The translations under genes and the position numbers were made by a program. Below are positions 39,582-51,598 of a stretch of 64,000 nt of DNA, one piece after another. Below the pieces are notes generated by a model. That model had not been told where the DNA came from and searched no databases. It saw only the letters and a program-made list of their open reading frames with translations. The stretch comes from Octopus sinensis (Eukaryota): positions 15,562,001 through 15,626,000 of the forward strand of contig NC_043008.1 of assembly GCF_006345805.1 (NCBI RefSeq), in the 5' to 3' direction. Every line of letters starts with the position of its first letter. Positions within the stretch are counted from its first letter, which is position 1.

Positions 39582-39806
39582 CTCCTTTACTCTTTTAGTT
39601 GTTTCAGTCATTTGACTACGGCCATGCTGGAGCACCGCCTTTAATCGAGCAACTCGACTCCGGACTTATTCTTTTGTAAGCCCAGTACTTGTTCTATCGG
39701 TCTTTTTTGCCGAACCGCTAAGTAACGAGGACGTAAACACACCAGCATCGGTTGTCAAGCAATGCTAGGGAGACAAACACAGACACACAAACACACACCT
39801 ATCATA

Positions 39807-39846
<40 letters not shown>

Positions 39847-40014
39847 CATATACGAAGGGCTTCTTTCAGTTTCCGTCTACCAAATACACTCACAAGGCTT
39901 TGGTCGGCCGAGGCTATAGTAGAAGACACTTGTCCAAGTTGCCACGCAGTGGGACTGAACCCGCAACCAGATGGTTGGTAAACAAGCTACTTACCACATA
40001 GTCACTCATGCGCC
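39582..40014 (-). mobile_element. SINE family A, full length
   Basis: Consensus match on the minus strand. Confidence 0.9.
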
Positions 40015-40086
40015 TATATATATATATATATTATAAATTATAAATTATCAAATATATATATTTGTATTTATGTGCTATCTCTGTAT

Positions 40087-40144
40087 ATTCCACTGATGAG
40101 GCAAAGCATTTCTTATGCTGAGCCACAAATCCGGGATCTGGAAT
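40087..40144 (+). ncRNA. Type I hammerhead fossil with long stem II
   Basis: ATTCCA-CTGATGA-GGCaaAGCATttcttATGCTgaGCC-ACAA-ATCCGGGAT-C-TGGAAT. Stem I is 6 bp perfect, triplet AUC, G12 lost. Confidence 0.55.
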
Positions 40145-40391
40145 TATTCAGTAGTGTTTTGCTAGTTCAATATTGTCTTTTTGTCTTCTTTCCTGGTGCT
40201 GTATGAACATTTAATGTGGTTTTAGAGTCAGGTTTTGGCTGCTATTTCCAGCGTGGTGCTATCTCTTAGATAACCTAAATCATAATATTATATATATACA
40301 TATATATATATATTTACATACATACACGCATATATATATGCATGTATGCATGGTGTATGTATATATACATACATACATACATACATATATT

Positions 40392-40458
<67 letters not shown>

Positions 40459-41023
40459 TATGTATGTATGTATGTATGTATGTATGTATATACACGCCTC
40501 TACATACGTACATACACTTACATACGCAGACATTTGCTGTAAACAATATGAAATAATCTAAGCGTCTTCAAATTAGCATATGCGGAAAAGCTTTTCCATG
40601 AAGAAAAAAGCTGTTTTCCTTTCCGCCAAATCAACCACTCCAATATTATGGATTAATATCATTGCTAAACACAGAATACGAAGTATAATGTCAATATATT
40701 TCGCTTTTACTCTATCAGTTGAATTATTGCTTATTTACTTGCTTTTTCGTTGTCTATCCAACTGTCTGTTTGCTTGTTTGTCGGATTGTCTTTCTGGCCG
40801 CTTCTCCGGGTTTCTGACTGTCACTTTCAATGCCTGTTTCTCTCTGTCTCTGTCTCTCTCTTTCACTATCTATCTAACCATATATCTATGTATTTATCTT
40901 TGTGTCGACCTATCTCTGCGTCTCTTTGTGTCTCTTTGTCTGCCATATATTTATATCAAATTCCTTTAATACCTATGTAGTTGTTCTTACAATTTTTTTT
41001 TTGGAAAGACTTCATGCAAAAAA

Positions 41024-41132
41024 TAGTGGTACGATAGAGTAGTTGTATACTGTCTAAATAGTAGTGGTGTGATTCCCTCCATGGGACTGTCTCATTAAGT
41101 TGACAGTATACAACTACTCTATCGTACCACTA
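41024..41132. repeat. Perfect 31-bp inverted arms, 47-bp spacer
   Basis: 41024-41054 versus 41102-41132; the spacer resembles 41415-41440. Confidence 0.9.
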
Positions 41133-41262
41133 CTGCTTATATCTCTTTGAGATATTTAGAAATGTAATATTTCTATTTTTGTAATCAGTGGATTTATTTC
41201 ACGAGACTTCTTATATGTTAACAAGGCCTAGACAAGCATCTCCAGCTAGCAGGCCATGCTAC

Positions 41263-41303
41263 TCCAGACTGATGACGAGAAGACTCAGAAACTAGTCTCT
41301 GGA
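41263..41303 (+). ncRNA. Near-canonical minimal type I hammerhead
   Basis: TCCAGA-CTGATGA-C-GAG-AAGA-CTC-A-GAA-ACTAGT-C-TCTGGA. 6-bp stem I, intact core, palindromic stem III, GUC triplet. Confidence 0.7.
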
Positions 41304-41531
41304 TGCAGGCTTCGCTGGGTGGAGGTGCTTGTCTCCCCCTTGCAAACATAAAGACACAGGAAATGTGTCAAGGCCGACAGGAGGCATTGATGTTTCCTAG
41401 GGCTAAATAGCAGTGAGTGATTCCCTTCATGGGAATCTCACATTAAATTGACAGTATAAAACTACTATATCTATATACACCTGTTTGTTGTTTATACATC
41501 TGTATCCCTTTTTTGCTTTTCTGTAAATTCC

Positions 41532-41561
<30 letters not shown>

Positions 41562-41565
<4 letters not shown>

Positions 41566-42009
41566 AGTGTGTCTATGGCCAGCTGGAGGCTACAAACTAC
41601 AGTAGCATCCACCCTTAGGGGTTAGCCTGAATCATATGGCAAATATACGTCACGATGTGTTGTAGCTACTGTTTATAACTTGCTCTGAGATTTATTATTG
41701 CTTGTTTACACTTTTTCGATATCAGTGTCTATCGATACTGGAAAAAGTTTTAAGTATTTGTGAAGGGAACCTGCTTCTCATCGACAACTGTGATTGTCAT
41801 AAGCCGATGACGGGTCAATACCCAGAAACTCGAGTCCGTGTGTATCATAAGTTGGAGACGGGAAGGATGGCTTCCCTTTGCAAATACTGATAGGGCACAG
41901 AAAGTGTGTCTATGGCCAGCTGGAGGAGGTGTCCTCCTGGGGCTACAAACTACAGTAGCATACACCCTTAGGGGTTAGCCATATTTATATGGCAAATATA
42001 CGTCACGAT
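41562..42009 (+). mobile_element. Partial tandem (~1.3-mer, ~353-bp unit) of an HHR-bearing repeat
   Basis: 41562-41656 repeats at 41899-42009 (first copy lacks 16 bp); TA-flanked. Confidence 0.8.
41798..41842 (+). ncRNA. Hammerhead-like motif (C4 variant)
   Basis: CATAAG-CCGATGA-C-GGGT-CAAT-ACCC-A-GAA-ACTCGAGT-C-CGTGTG; stem I imperfect. Confidence 0.55.
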
Positions 42010-42321
42010 ATATATACATATATACATATTTTTCGACCTGGTTCAAAGCCCAATCTTCCGCGTTCCTTTACAGGGCTTAGGAAAACTGATGGAATAACTG
42101 CAATAAGTGAGTGAATCTAAAAATGTAATATGCTGAATAAAATCATGATTAACTGATCCTATTATAATATATTTTACCCAAAGCCTGAGACTATTGAGCG
42201 CCATCTAGTATTTCTCCATTTTTCATAATTGAGAACCTTTGAAAAGTCTACCAGTTTTGATATTTATTCTTCTCTGAACACCGCACTCTGACATGAGAAA
42301 TATATATATTTATATTATATA

Positions 42322-42586
42322 GAGGGTACTATTATTCATAGGTACCGCACGCTAGGAGGGACTATTGCAGTCAAAACTACTTAAATAAACTACTTGAATT
42401 CGTTGCACTGAAGAGAATAGAATGCATATTCTGCATTGATTGCGAAATCACAGGTGATATGTAACTAAATTCTGTTTTTAAATGACTCGCTTTGAAGTTT
42501 TGCATTCGGTACAATTTGTTTATTTTAGTAGTTTTGACTGCAAAGGTCCCTCCTAGCGTGCGGTAACTATGAATAATAGTACCCTG
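42322..42586. mobile_element. Tc1/mariner-type MITE, 265 bp
   Basis: ~70-bp TIRs with about 5 mismatches; right end ...AGTACCCTG|TA; TA on both sides. Confidence 0.85.
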
Positions 42587-42729
42587 TATATAATATAAAT
42601 AAGTATTTTCAAAGTTGAAAAAAATTTACAGATTTTTTTCTCTTACGAGGTTTTTCACGCTAACTACTTGATAATTTCTTATAAAGATTTTATCCTTATT
42701 TTTAAATATTATATATATATATACATATA

Positions 42730-42791
<62 letters not shown>

Positions 42792-43620
42792 ATATATATA
42801 TATACATGTAGAATGGCATCTATCACAGAAACTGAATAAATCACTGGTTTCAAAATGTCAGCTTATATACGCAACAAAACACCAGTTTACATAATACGTT
42901 CTATAGACGAATATGCGTTTTATGTATAGGATATTTAGAAATATTTCTGTGCGTCCGCTACCGCACTGTACAAGTACTTATGAGTATATAGTGTATACGA
43001 TTCATAGACTCTTTCAAACTCGTAGACTCTTTCAAAGTAACGATAAGTAGTTTCTTAAAACTGCCATCTACATAACAAAGAATTTGTCACGCACCAGCTA
43101 TCGCGCACTTAAAAAAAATGCATACATACAAATATACATACATGAATAAATACATACATGCATACATACTTATGCATAAAAGATAAATAACAGATATTTT
43201 CAGTGGATAATAAAATGTCGTGAACAATATTCGCAGCAATACAATAAACTCAGAAAACCAATCGGAATATACATATATATACATACATATATGCATACAT
43301 ACATACATACATACATACATACATACATACATACATACATACATACATACATACATACATACATACATACATACATGCATACATGTATGTATATTATATA
43401 TATATATATATGTATAAAATAGATACATACATATATATATATACTTGCACACACATATATAAATCTATATTTAAATATAAGTATCACTATATATATATAT
43501 GTAGGTATGTATGTATCTATATACATATATATATCTATATATACATATATTATATATATATATTAACAAAATATGTATATATGCTAAACAGGGAAAAATA
43601 CAATCATGCATTTATATACA

Positions 43621-43691
<71 letters not shown>

Positions 43692-43692
<1 letters not shown>

Positions 43693-44190
43693 TTTCAACA
43701 ATTGAGGGCAAAATTAATTAATTTTGCCCTCAATTGTTGAAATTATAATTAATCTCCCTCTGATTAATGCTTCGGATTTTACCGAAATAAGCATAGTGTT
43801 TGATGATTTTAACCCACGCTGGTGGAAAGGGGAGAACAGAGATTCTTCGCTTGCTTATTTGAATCTGTTGGCACTGTTAGTTACGAGCAGATCTTCGAAG
43901 GGTATGTTCTTATTTTCAGTGTTTCCAAATCCAAACCAAGGAATTTCTGAGCTGATGATAGAAGTGTTGTTTTGACTAATCTTGAAACGTACGTTCTCAA
44001 ATAACCTTAGCATTTGATTTTTCGATGTCCTTACCCCCAAACTTTTGTGAGTTGAATTAAGCAACACTATATATGAGAGAGATTTTCTTTAAGTATTAGA
44101 AATAGCTTTAAAAAAGTTTTTTAGCTGCTATTTCTAATGAGTTCAGTATGCGGCAAAGTAATTTATTTTACTAAGCCCTTTTATATAATG

Positions 44191-44192
<2 letters not shown>
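43692..44192 (+). mobile_element. Dispersed, diverged monomer of the 558-bp repeat with a terminal 52-bp palindrome
   Basis: Collinear with 2190-2680. 43692-43743 is a perfect palindrome. Long (TA)n on both sides. Confidence 0.9.
43946..44001 (+). ncRNA. Type I hammerhead motif in the dispersed monomer
   Basis: TCTGAG-CTGATGA-TAGAAGTGTTGTTTTGACTAATCTT-GAA-ACGTACGT-T-CTCAAA. Confidence 0.65.
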
Positions 44193-44226
<34 letters not shown>

Positions 44227-44279
44227 ATGTATATATATACATATATAATTATAAATATATATATATATATGTATGCATA

Positions 44280-44363
<84 letters not shown>

Positions 44364-44849
44364 GTATATGTGTGTGTTCGCGTATGCATAGCTACATACG
44401 TATATATTTAAGTAAAATAAACCAACCATTGTAAGTGGTTAATGTAGACCTTTGAAATATATCAAGCAAACTTCTTCTTTTTGATAGAGATATAATTGGA
44501 ATACAATATATCGTTGTCATGTATAAGAATAAAGTAAAATCTACTTCATTATTCGATAAGCTGTCTTCACAAAACGTTCCTATCTTTCAGTAATTGAAAC
44601 CTTTAAAAATGCATGCAATATAATACAGTATATTGCGGGTTCAAAGACCTAAAGTTTTGAATATATACTTCAAAATACCCTAAGCATCCACAAGCACTGA
44701 CGTAAAAATACATGTCCATACTCTCACACGCGCTCATACCCACATACTCATTCATATTTATGCATTGATATATGTGGGTGGGTTTGTACATAAACGCGTG
44801 TAATTGAGTATGTATTGCAACGATTTGAGACTTGATATATATATATATA

Positions 44850-45274
44850 CTCTTTTACTCTTTTACTGTTTCAGTCATCTGACTGCGGCCATGCTGGAGC
44901 ACCGCCTTTAATCCAGCAACTCGACCCCGGGGCTTATTCTTTTGTAAGCCCAGTACTTATTCTTTTGTAAGCCCAGTACTTATTCTATCGGTCTCTTTTG
45001 CCGAACCGCTAAATAAACACACCAGCATCGGTTGTCAAGCAATGCTAGGGGGACAAACACAGACACACAAACACACACACGCATATATATATATATATAT
45101 ATACATATATACGACGGGCTTCTTTCAGTTTCCGTCTACCAAATCCACTCACAAGGCTTTGGTCGGCCCGAGGCTATAGTAGAAGACTCTTGCCCAAGTT
45201 GCCACGCAGTGGGACTGAACCCGGGGCCGTGTGGTTGGTAAACAAGCTACTTACCACACACCCACTCCTGCGCC
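44850..45274 (-). mobile_element. SINE family A with an internal ~24-bp tandem duplication
   Basis: TTATTCTTTTGTAAGCCCAGTAC occurs twice near 44935-44982. Confidence 0.9.
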
Positions 45275-45393
45275 TTAATATAAATATAAGTGTATGCAGA
45301 AACGTATGCATAATTTGTATCTGCAAGTACAATGCCGCACATGCATACATGCATAAAGACAAACACATTGCAACGAACGCGCAATACATTTAC

Positions 45394-45438
<45 letters not shown>

Positions 45439-45440
45439 TA

Positions 45441-45490
<50 letters not shown>

Positions 45491-45789
45491 CTATAAATAA
45501 GGGTATCTTAGAGATACACCATGCCAAAATAGCAGTCAAATTCCTGACTCTAAAAACCACCTAAAATGTTCATATCGCACCACAAGATAAGACAAATAGA
45601 CGAATTAAACTAGCAAAAAGATATTACTGGATAATTCAAGATCCTTGATTTCTAGCTTTGCTTCAAATAAGCTCTGCTTTCATCAGTTGAATATACCAGA
45701 CGGGCACATAAATACAAATATATATATACAGAACACACGTTATACTTACATATACGAATGTCCATACATACATATATGCACATATATAC

Positions 45790-46992
45790 AAGGCCAGATT
45801 CAAATTGCTAAGGCTTTTAATTCTGCTCCACACAAAAGACTTATGGTGAAACTCTCTGCATTGGGTGTAAGAGATGATCTCTATAACTGGTTGAAGTCCT
45901 TCAATATCGGCCAAAAAGAAGTTGTCACGGTTCAAGGACAGCACTCTTCACCCAATGAGATGACATTTGGTGTACCACAGGGATCTGTTTTTGGCCCCCT
46001 TTTATTTGTTGCATATGTTAACAACATAGATGCCAACTTAAAGAATGCCACAGTGCTGAAATATGCAGATGACATCAAGCTGTATCTCGAAATATAGTGA
46101 ACAGATCCTGTACACCATAGCTATTTATTGCAACAGACCTGGACACAATGCAGCAGTGGATCATGGACTGGCAACTCAAGCTGGCTGTGGACAAATGTAC
46201 CACTATACATTTTGGAAGGAAAAACCCAGCATCTACTTACTCCCTCCACAACACTAATCTCAAAAAGTCTTCTTGTGAACGTGACCTGGGCATTATTGTC
46301 GACAGCGATTTGCATTGGACAAAACACATTGCTAAAATTGCCAAGAAGGCTGATGGTATCTTGGCATCACTTACCAAGTACTTTGTGAGCCGTTCTCCGG
46401 CTATCTAGAATTTGCATCACCTGGAATTTGCATCATCGGTCTAGAACCCCTATCTTGCCCAGGACATCGTCTGGAAGCTGTTCAGCGATGTGCAACCAAG
46501 AGAATACCCTCCATCAGGCATTTGCCATATTCTGAACGCCTTACTTCCAGGGCCATGGATACATTGAAACTCCGACGTCTGGCAGCTGACTTGGCAGACA
46601 CCCATAAAATTATTGACCATCTTACAAACAATAACTCTGATCACCTTTTCAAACTCCACCCCTCTAACACCCGTGGAGATGTTTACAAAGTCAGAAAACA
46701 GCACAGCTCCCATGACTTTCGGAAACATTTTTTCACACTAAGAGTTGCTGAAGTATGGAACAAACTCCCGGCATCAGTTGTTAGTTGTCGGAGCACTGCA
46801 TCCTTCAAAACTTCCATGCTTCCTGAGATTCGCCAACACTACACCTGATTTTCTCCCCTCCATACATACACAAGGATGTATCTGACTCATACACTGTTCA
46901 CTTCCCAGATAATTGTACATTAATGCATATACTTTATACGCACTTTTGACAAGTTGTGGTGCACCTGAGCACTGTATACAATCATTTCATTA
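45790..46992 (+). pseudogene. 5'-truncated CR1/Jockey-group LINE RT, decayed
   Basis: KAFNSAPH, GVPQGSVFGPLLF, YADDIKL, ERDLGIIVDSDL, FFTLRVAEVWNKLP; stops and frameshifts. Confidence 0.93.
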
Positions 46993-47292
46993 TATATTAT
47001 ATATATACGTGTGTGTATATGCACGCTTGTGTATGTGTATGTGTGTGTGTATACATATTTATATGCCCCTTTAGTCTATTTTGGGCAAAAGCTTCGTAAC
47101 TCGCGCCTAAAATCCCTTACACTTCTCGTTGCCGGTTACCACTTGTTAATGCCATTTCCTGTGGTAATCCACTGGTATAGTAGTTATATACATATGGAAA
47201 TCTATTTCGCTTAGGATGAAGATAATAATAACAATAACTCGAAGATGGATATTCACAGGCTAGGAATTTCTATACTCTTGTTGTTGTTGTTG

Positions 47293-47343
<51 letters not shown>

Positions 47344-47344
47344 T

Positions 47345-47612
47345 ATGTTCGGCGACATTTCACTGATCGCTGCGTTCTCAGTTCAAATTCCGGCGCGGTC
47401 GACTTTGCCTTTCATCCTTTTAGGGTCGATAAAGTAAGTAACAGTGAAACACTGGGGTCGATGTAATCGACTTTACTCCTCCCCCAACATTTCACGCCTT
47501 GTCCCTTTAATAGAAAGGATTGTTATTACTGTTATATGTACGGAGGCGGTGATTTGGCAGATTTATTAGCATGCCGGACGAAATGCTTAGCAGTATTTCG
47601 TCCGTCCTTACG
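47345..47612 (+). mobile_element. Two partial family D SINE copies
   Basis: GTTCAAATTCCGGCGCGGTCGACTTTGCCTTTCATCC body and a head at ~47545. Confidence 0.75.
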
Positions 47613-48593
47613 TTTTATAGTTTTCTGAGTAGGGTTAGGATTAATAAACAGAGAGAAGTCACAGCCATGTATAACAAAATCCTGAGATCTCTCTAAGGTT
47701 TATGACTATTTTCTAGATACATACTGTAAATAATGGGAAACTACTATGCACCCCTACAATTCCATCGGTATGACATGATCGACTGTCCCGAAGTGGCATT
47801 TATATCGAATAATACATTATCAAATTGGCAGAAGGATGTTTCTCTAGTCGACAAAATAATTCAAATACACAAACAGACACACAGACGCACACGCACGCAC
47901 ATCCATAGACACACACACACACACAATCTCATACGCAAACACACACGTACGACATGTCACTGCAATGGCTATTTCGTTTCGACTCAAGCTACAAAAGAGA
48001 AGAGAGAGAAACGACGAGGAAATGTTCGCTGTTTGAATACGCGCATAAGCGCAATGATTTTATAAACTGATCAATGGAAATTCGTATCTATCTCTCGTGA
48101 CTCCTTCGAAATTCTGCTTCATTTCATATCAGATATTATTTCGTGAATTGACACTTGGACGTTTAGACATGAGAGTATAGACCAGCTTAAATAAATTGGA
48201 TTAGATATCCACGCTGCTCAGCCATTCTCTTCGCACGTGGCTTTCATGATTGTTCCCGTAAAGCATCTACGGTTAAACCTTCTCAGATGAACATCAAATA
48301 CTAAACCAAGCAACTCAGTGACGTCTACAATGACGTGTCGTATTAAGACGTAGCTATCTTATATAGGAAATTGGTTTTATACATAAGCGAATCTGCTTCT
48401 TTCTATCTCTCAGCCACACATACACTCTCATACTCTCTTTCCGTCCATTAACCTAAATAACTAAATACAATGAATGCATAAATGTGTCGATATATTAGTC
48501 TATGTAGCGGTATAACCAACTGACCAATTATGCATATATATGTATGTGTGTGTATATGTTTGTGTGTGTGTGTGTGTGTTTGTGTATTTAAAT

Positions 48594-48904
48594 GTATGGG
48601 ATTGCACCTAGAAAGTTACCCTCCTAGACACAAGTCTGGGCAAGGTTGTTTATGGAAGACCAGCAGTCGCCCATGCATACCAGCCTCCCCTCTCCACACC
48701 ACCAGTGTTATCCAAGGGAAAGACAAATGTCGATACAGCTTGGCACCAGTGACGTCGCAACTCATTTCTACAGCTGAGTGAACTGGAGCAACGTGAAATA
48801 AAGTGCCTTGCTCAAGAACACAACACGCAGCCCGGTCCGGGATTCGAGCTCACAACCTCACGATCTTAAGCTCGACGCTCTAACCACTGAGCCATGCGCC
48901 TTCA
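48594..48904 (-). mobile_element. SINE family C
   Basis: Matches 22727-23005 and includes the tRNA-like head GAAGGCGCATGGCTCAGTGGTTAGAGCG on the minus strand. Confidence 0.88.
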
Positions 48905-48951
48905 CATATTTAAATGTATATTCATGTATAAATATATCTAAAATTGTAAAA

Positions 48952-49935
48952 CGGCGAGCTGGTAGAAACGTTAGCACGCCGGGCAAAATGATTAGCAGTA
49001 TTTCGTCCGCCTCTACGTTCTCAGTTAAAATTCCTCCGAGGTCGTCTTTGCCTTTGATCCTTTCGGGGTCGATTAAATAAGTACCAGTTACGGACTGGGG
49101 TCGATATAATCCACTTAATCCGTTTGAATGTGTCCGTGTTTGTCCCCTCTGTCTTTAGCCCCTTGTGGGTAGTAAAGAAATAGGTATTTCGTCTGCCGTT
49201 ACGTTCTGAGTTCAAATTCCGCCGAGGTCGACTTTGCCTTTCATCTTTTCAGGGTCGATTAAATAAGAACCAGTTACGTACTGGGGTCGATATAATCGAC
49301 TTAATCCGTTTGTCTGTCCTTGTTTGTCTCCTCTGTGTTTAGCCCCTTGTGGGTAGTAAAGAAATAGGTATTTCGTCTGCCGTTACGTTCTGAGTTCAAA
49401 TTCCGTCGAGGTCGACTTTGCCTTTCATCTTTTCGGGGTCGATTAAATTAGAACCAGTTACGTACTGGGGTCGATATAATCGACTTAATCCGTTTGAATA
49501 TCCTTGTTTGTCCTCTCTGCGTTTAGCCCCTTGTGGGTAGTAAAGAAATAGGTATTTCGTCTGCCGCTACCTTCTGAGTTCAAATTCCGCCGAGGTCGAC
49601 TTTGCCTTTCATCCTTTCGGGGTCGATTAAATAAAAACCAGTTACGTACTGGGGTCGATCTATTCGACTTAATCCGTTTGAATATCCTTGTTTGTCCTCT
49701 CTGTGTTTAGCTCCTTGTGGGTAGTAAAGAAATAGGTATTTCGTCTGCCATTACGTTCTTAGTTCAAATTCTGCCGAGGTCGACTTTGCCTTTCATCCTT
49801 TCGGGGTCGATTAAATAAGAACCAATAACGCACTGGAGTCGATATAATCGACTTAATCCCTTTATCTGTCCTTGTTTGTCCACTCTATGTTTAGCCCCTT
49901 GTGGGTAGTAAAGAAATAGTAAAGAAATAGGTATT
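48952..49935 (+). mobile_element. Family D SINE with five tandem 184-bp bodies behind one head
   Basis: GTATTTCGTC at 48998, 49184, 49368, 49552 and 49736. Confidence 0.92.
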
Positions 49936-51092
49936 ATCCAGGAGCCGCAGATTTCTGAAATCTTCTCTTGTAAGTACTATTCAGTGCTATCAGGTAACAA
50001 GCTAATATGGTACATCAGCCCTCAAAGCTCCGTACAAACATGAGACCAGAAAGTCAATAGAAGTGACAAACCCGTTATAGTACACTGCTGCCAGTCACAT
50101 GACTATTGTCAATCTTCCACCATGTGTATTACGGTCGACATGTACATCTTGCTATTTACTCACAAATAACCACATCACTCCCATCACAAGTACACCCGTT
50201 TTAAAAGGGTAAAGCTTAAGAAGAAAATAAACGATTGATTCCATTACCTCTGCATCAAATAATAATAATAATAGTCTGTAGGTTAACGTATTTATAAGCA
50301 TATAATATCGAGATATACTGAATGAAGTTCATAGAAAAGATGGCATATTAAACTGATAATGTTATTCTCGTAATTGTAACTGTCTATTGGTTCTAAACAT
50401 AATAATAGAGTTCATGCTAAAATGAGCTATAGCCAGTTATATTCGTATAAAAATCCTTTCGCTTTTGTAATGTCTGTCTAGATTTCGTTAATCAGCGGCT
50501 TTTACAGACATCTGACATCATATAAGTATGTTGTAGTCACTAGTTTGCTGTTTCAATACAGTTTATTGATTTAGCGGAGGAATTTTTCGTTCAGTTTTGA
50601 AACAGAAATTAACATAAAAAGGTAAGAGTAAAATAATAGCGAAACTGAAGATTGTAATTTTCTTTTGAAACCTGATAATTATATTAATTGAAGATATCAT
50701 TTGTGAAAGATGGTAAATACATAGTCAATGCATGTAAAGATTTTGCTTCCTCGACTTTCTGCTCTAAACTTTTGCCTTCATACCAGCTGCAACTTGTAAC
50801 AGTTTCTTTGTCATTTTATTAGAGCTATCGCTGTGTAAATTATATAAACATACCAGCAATTTAAGACTAAATCGAGATCAGAGTTCCAAACTTAGCAGTC
50901 TTAGAATAAATTTTCTTTAGAAATCTACGAATACAAAGTCACCATATAATCATAACAAGAAAACGACGCTCTAAAACTAAACTTATATTTGATAATTCGG
51001 CCTGTGACATTAATAGCTTGGTCGCGATCTATTTTCATGAGAGAACAACAGTACTACCAAGTCGTTGATATATCTGCAACTAAATCTAGTAG

Positions 51093-51395
51093 TCTGTTGT
51101 GTCTGGGGAGAGTCATTTTCTTTTTGTGCCTTATAATGGAACACACTCAACGGTAAACTTTCCACTTATCTCTTATTTTTATTTTCCTAAAATTTTCGTT
51201 GCCTCTTGCAACCTTTTCAATAGTCTTGACTATTTTCAAGAGTCAACACTCAACCTTTTCAAGAGTCATGACTATTGAAAAGGTTGCGAGACGCAACGAA
51301 AATTTTAGGAAAATAAAAATAAGAAATAAGTGGAAATGTTACGGGTGAGTAAAATAAGGCTCAAAAAGAAACTGACTCTCCCCAGACACAACAGA
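51093..51395. mobile_element. ~300-bp palindromic element with a UUGAAAA-core hammerhead-like motif in each arm
   Basis: ~135-bp arms. 51272-51308 reads CTA-TTGAAAA-G-GTTGC-GAGAC-GCAAC-GAA-AATT-T-TAG, mirrored at 51187-51223. Confidence 0.65.
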
Positions 51396-51598
51396 ATATG
51401 CTTCAACACACGAACTCACATAAAGAATCTTGCAAACCAAATCCCAAAACGAAACAAATCTAGTAGATTTCACTCAAATCATTTTCTGTGTTATTAAGAA
51501 AAATCACACATTAGATAATGTGGTCTGTGGGTGATGGTGTGCACAAACGACTAGATGTTTAAAGCAGGAGTGTTTTTATAAAACACCTCATACAAGGT

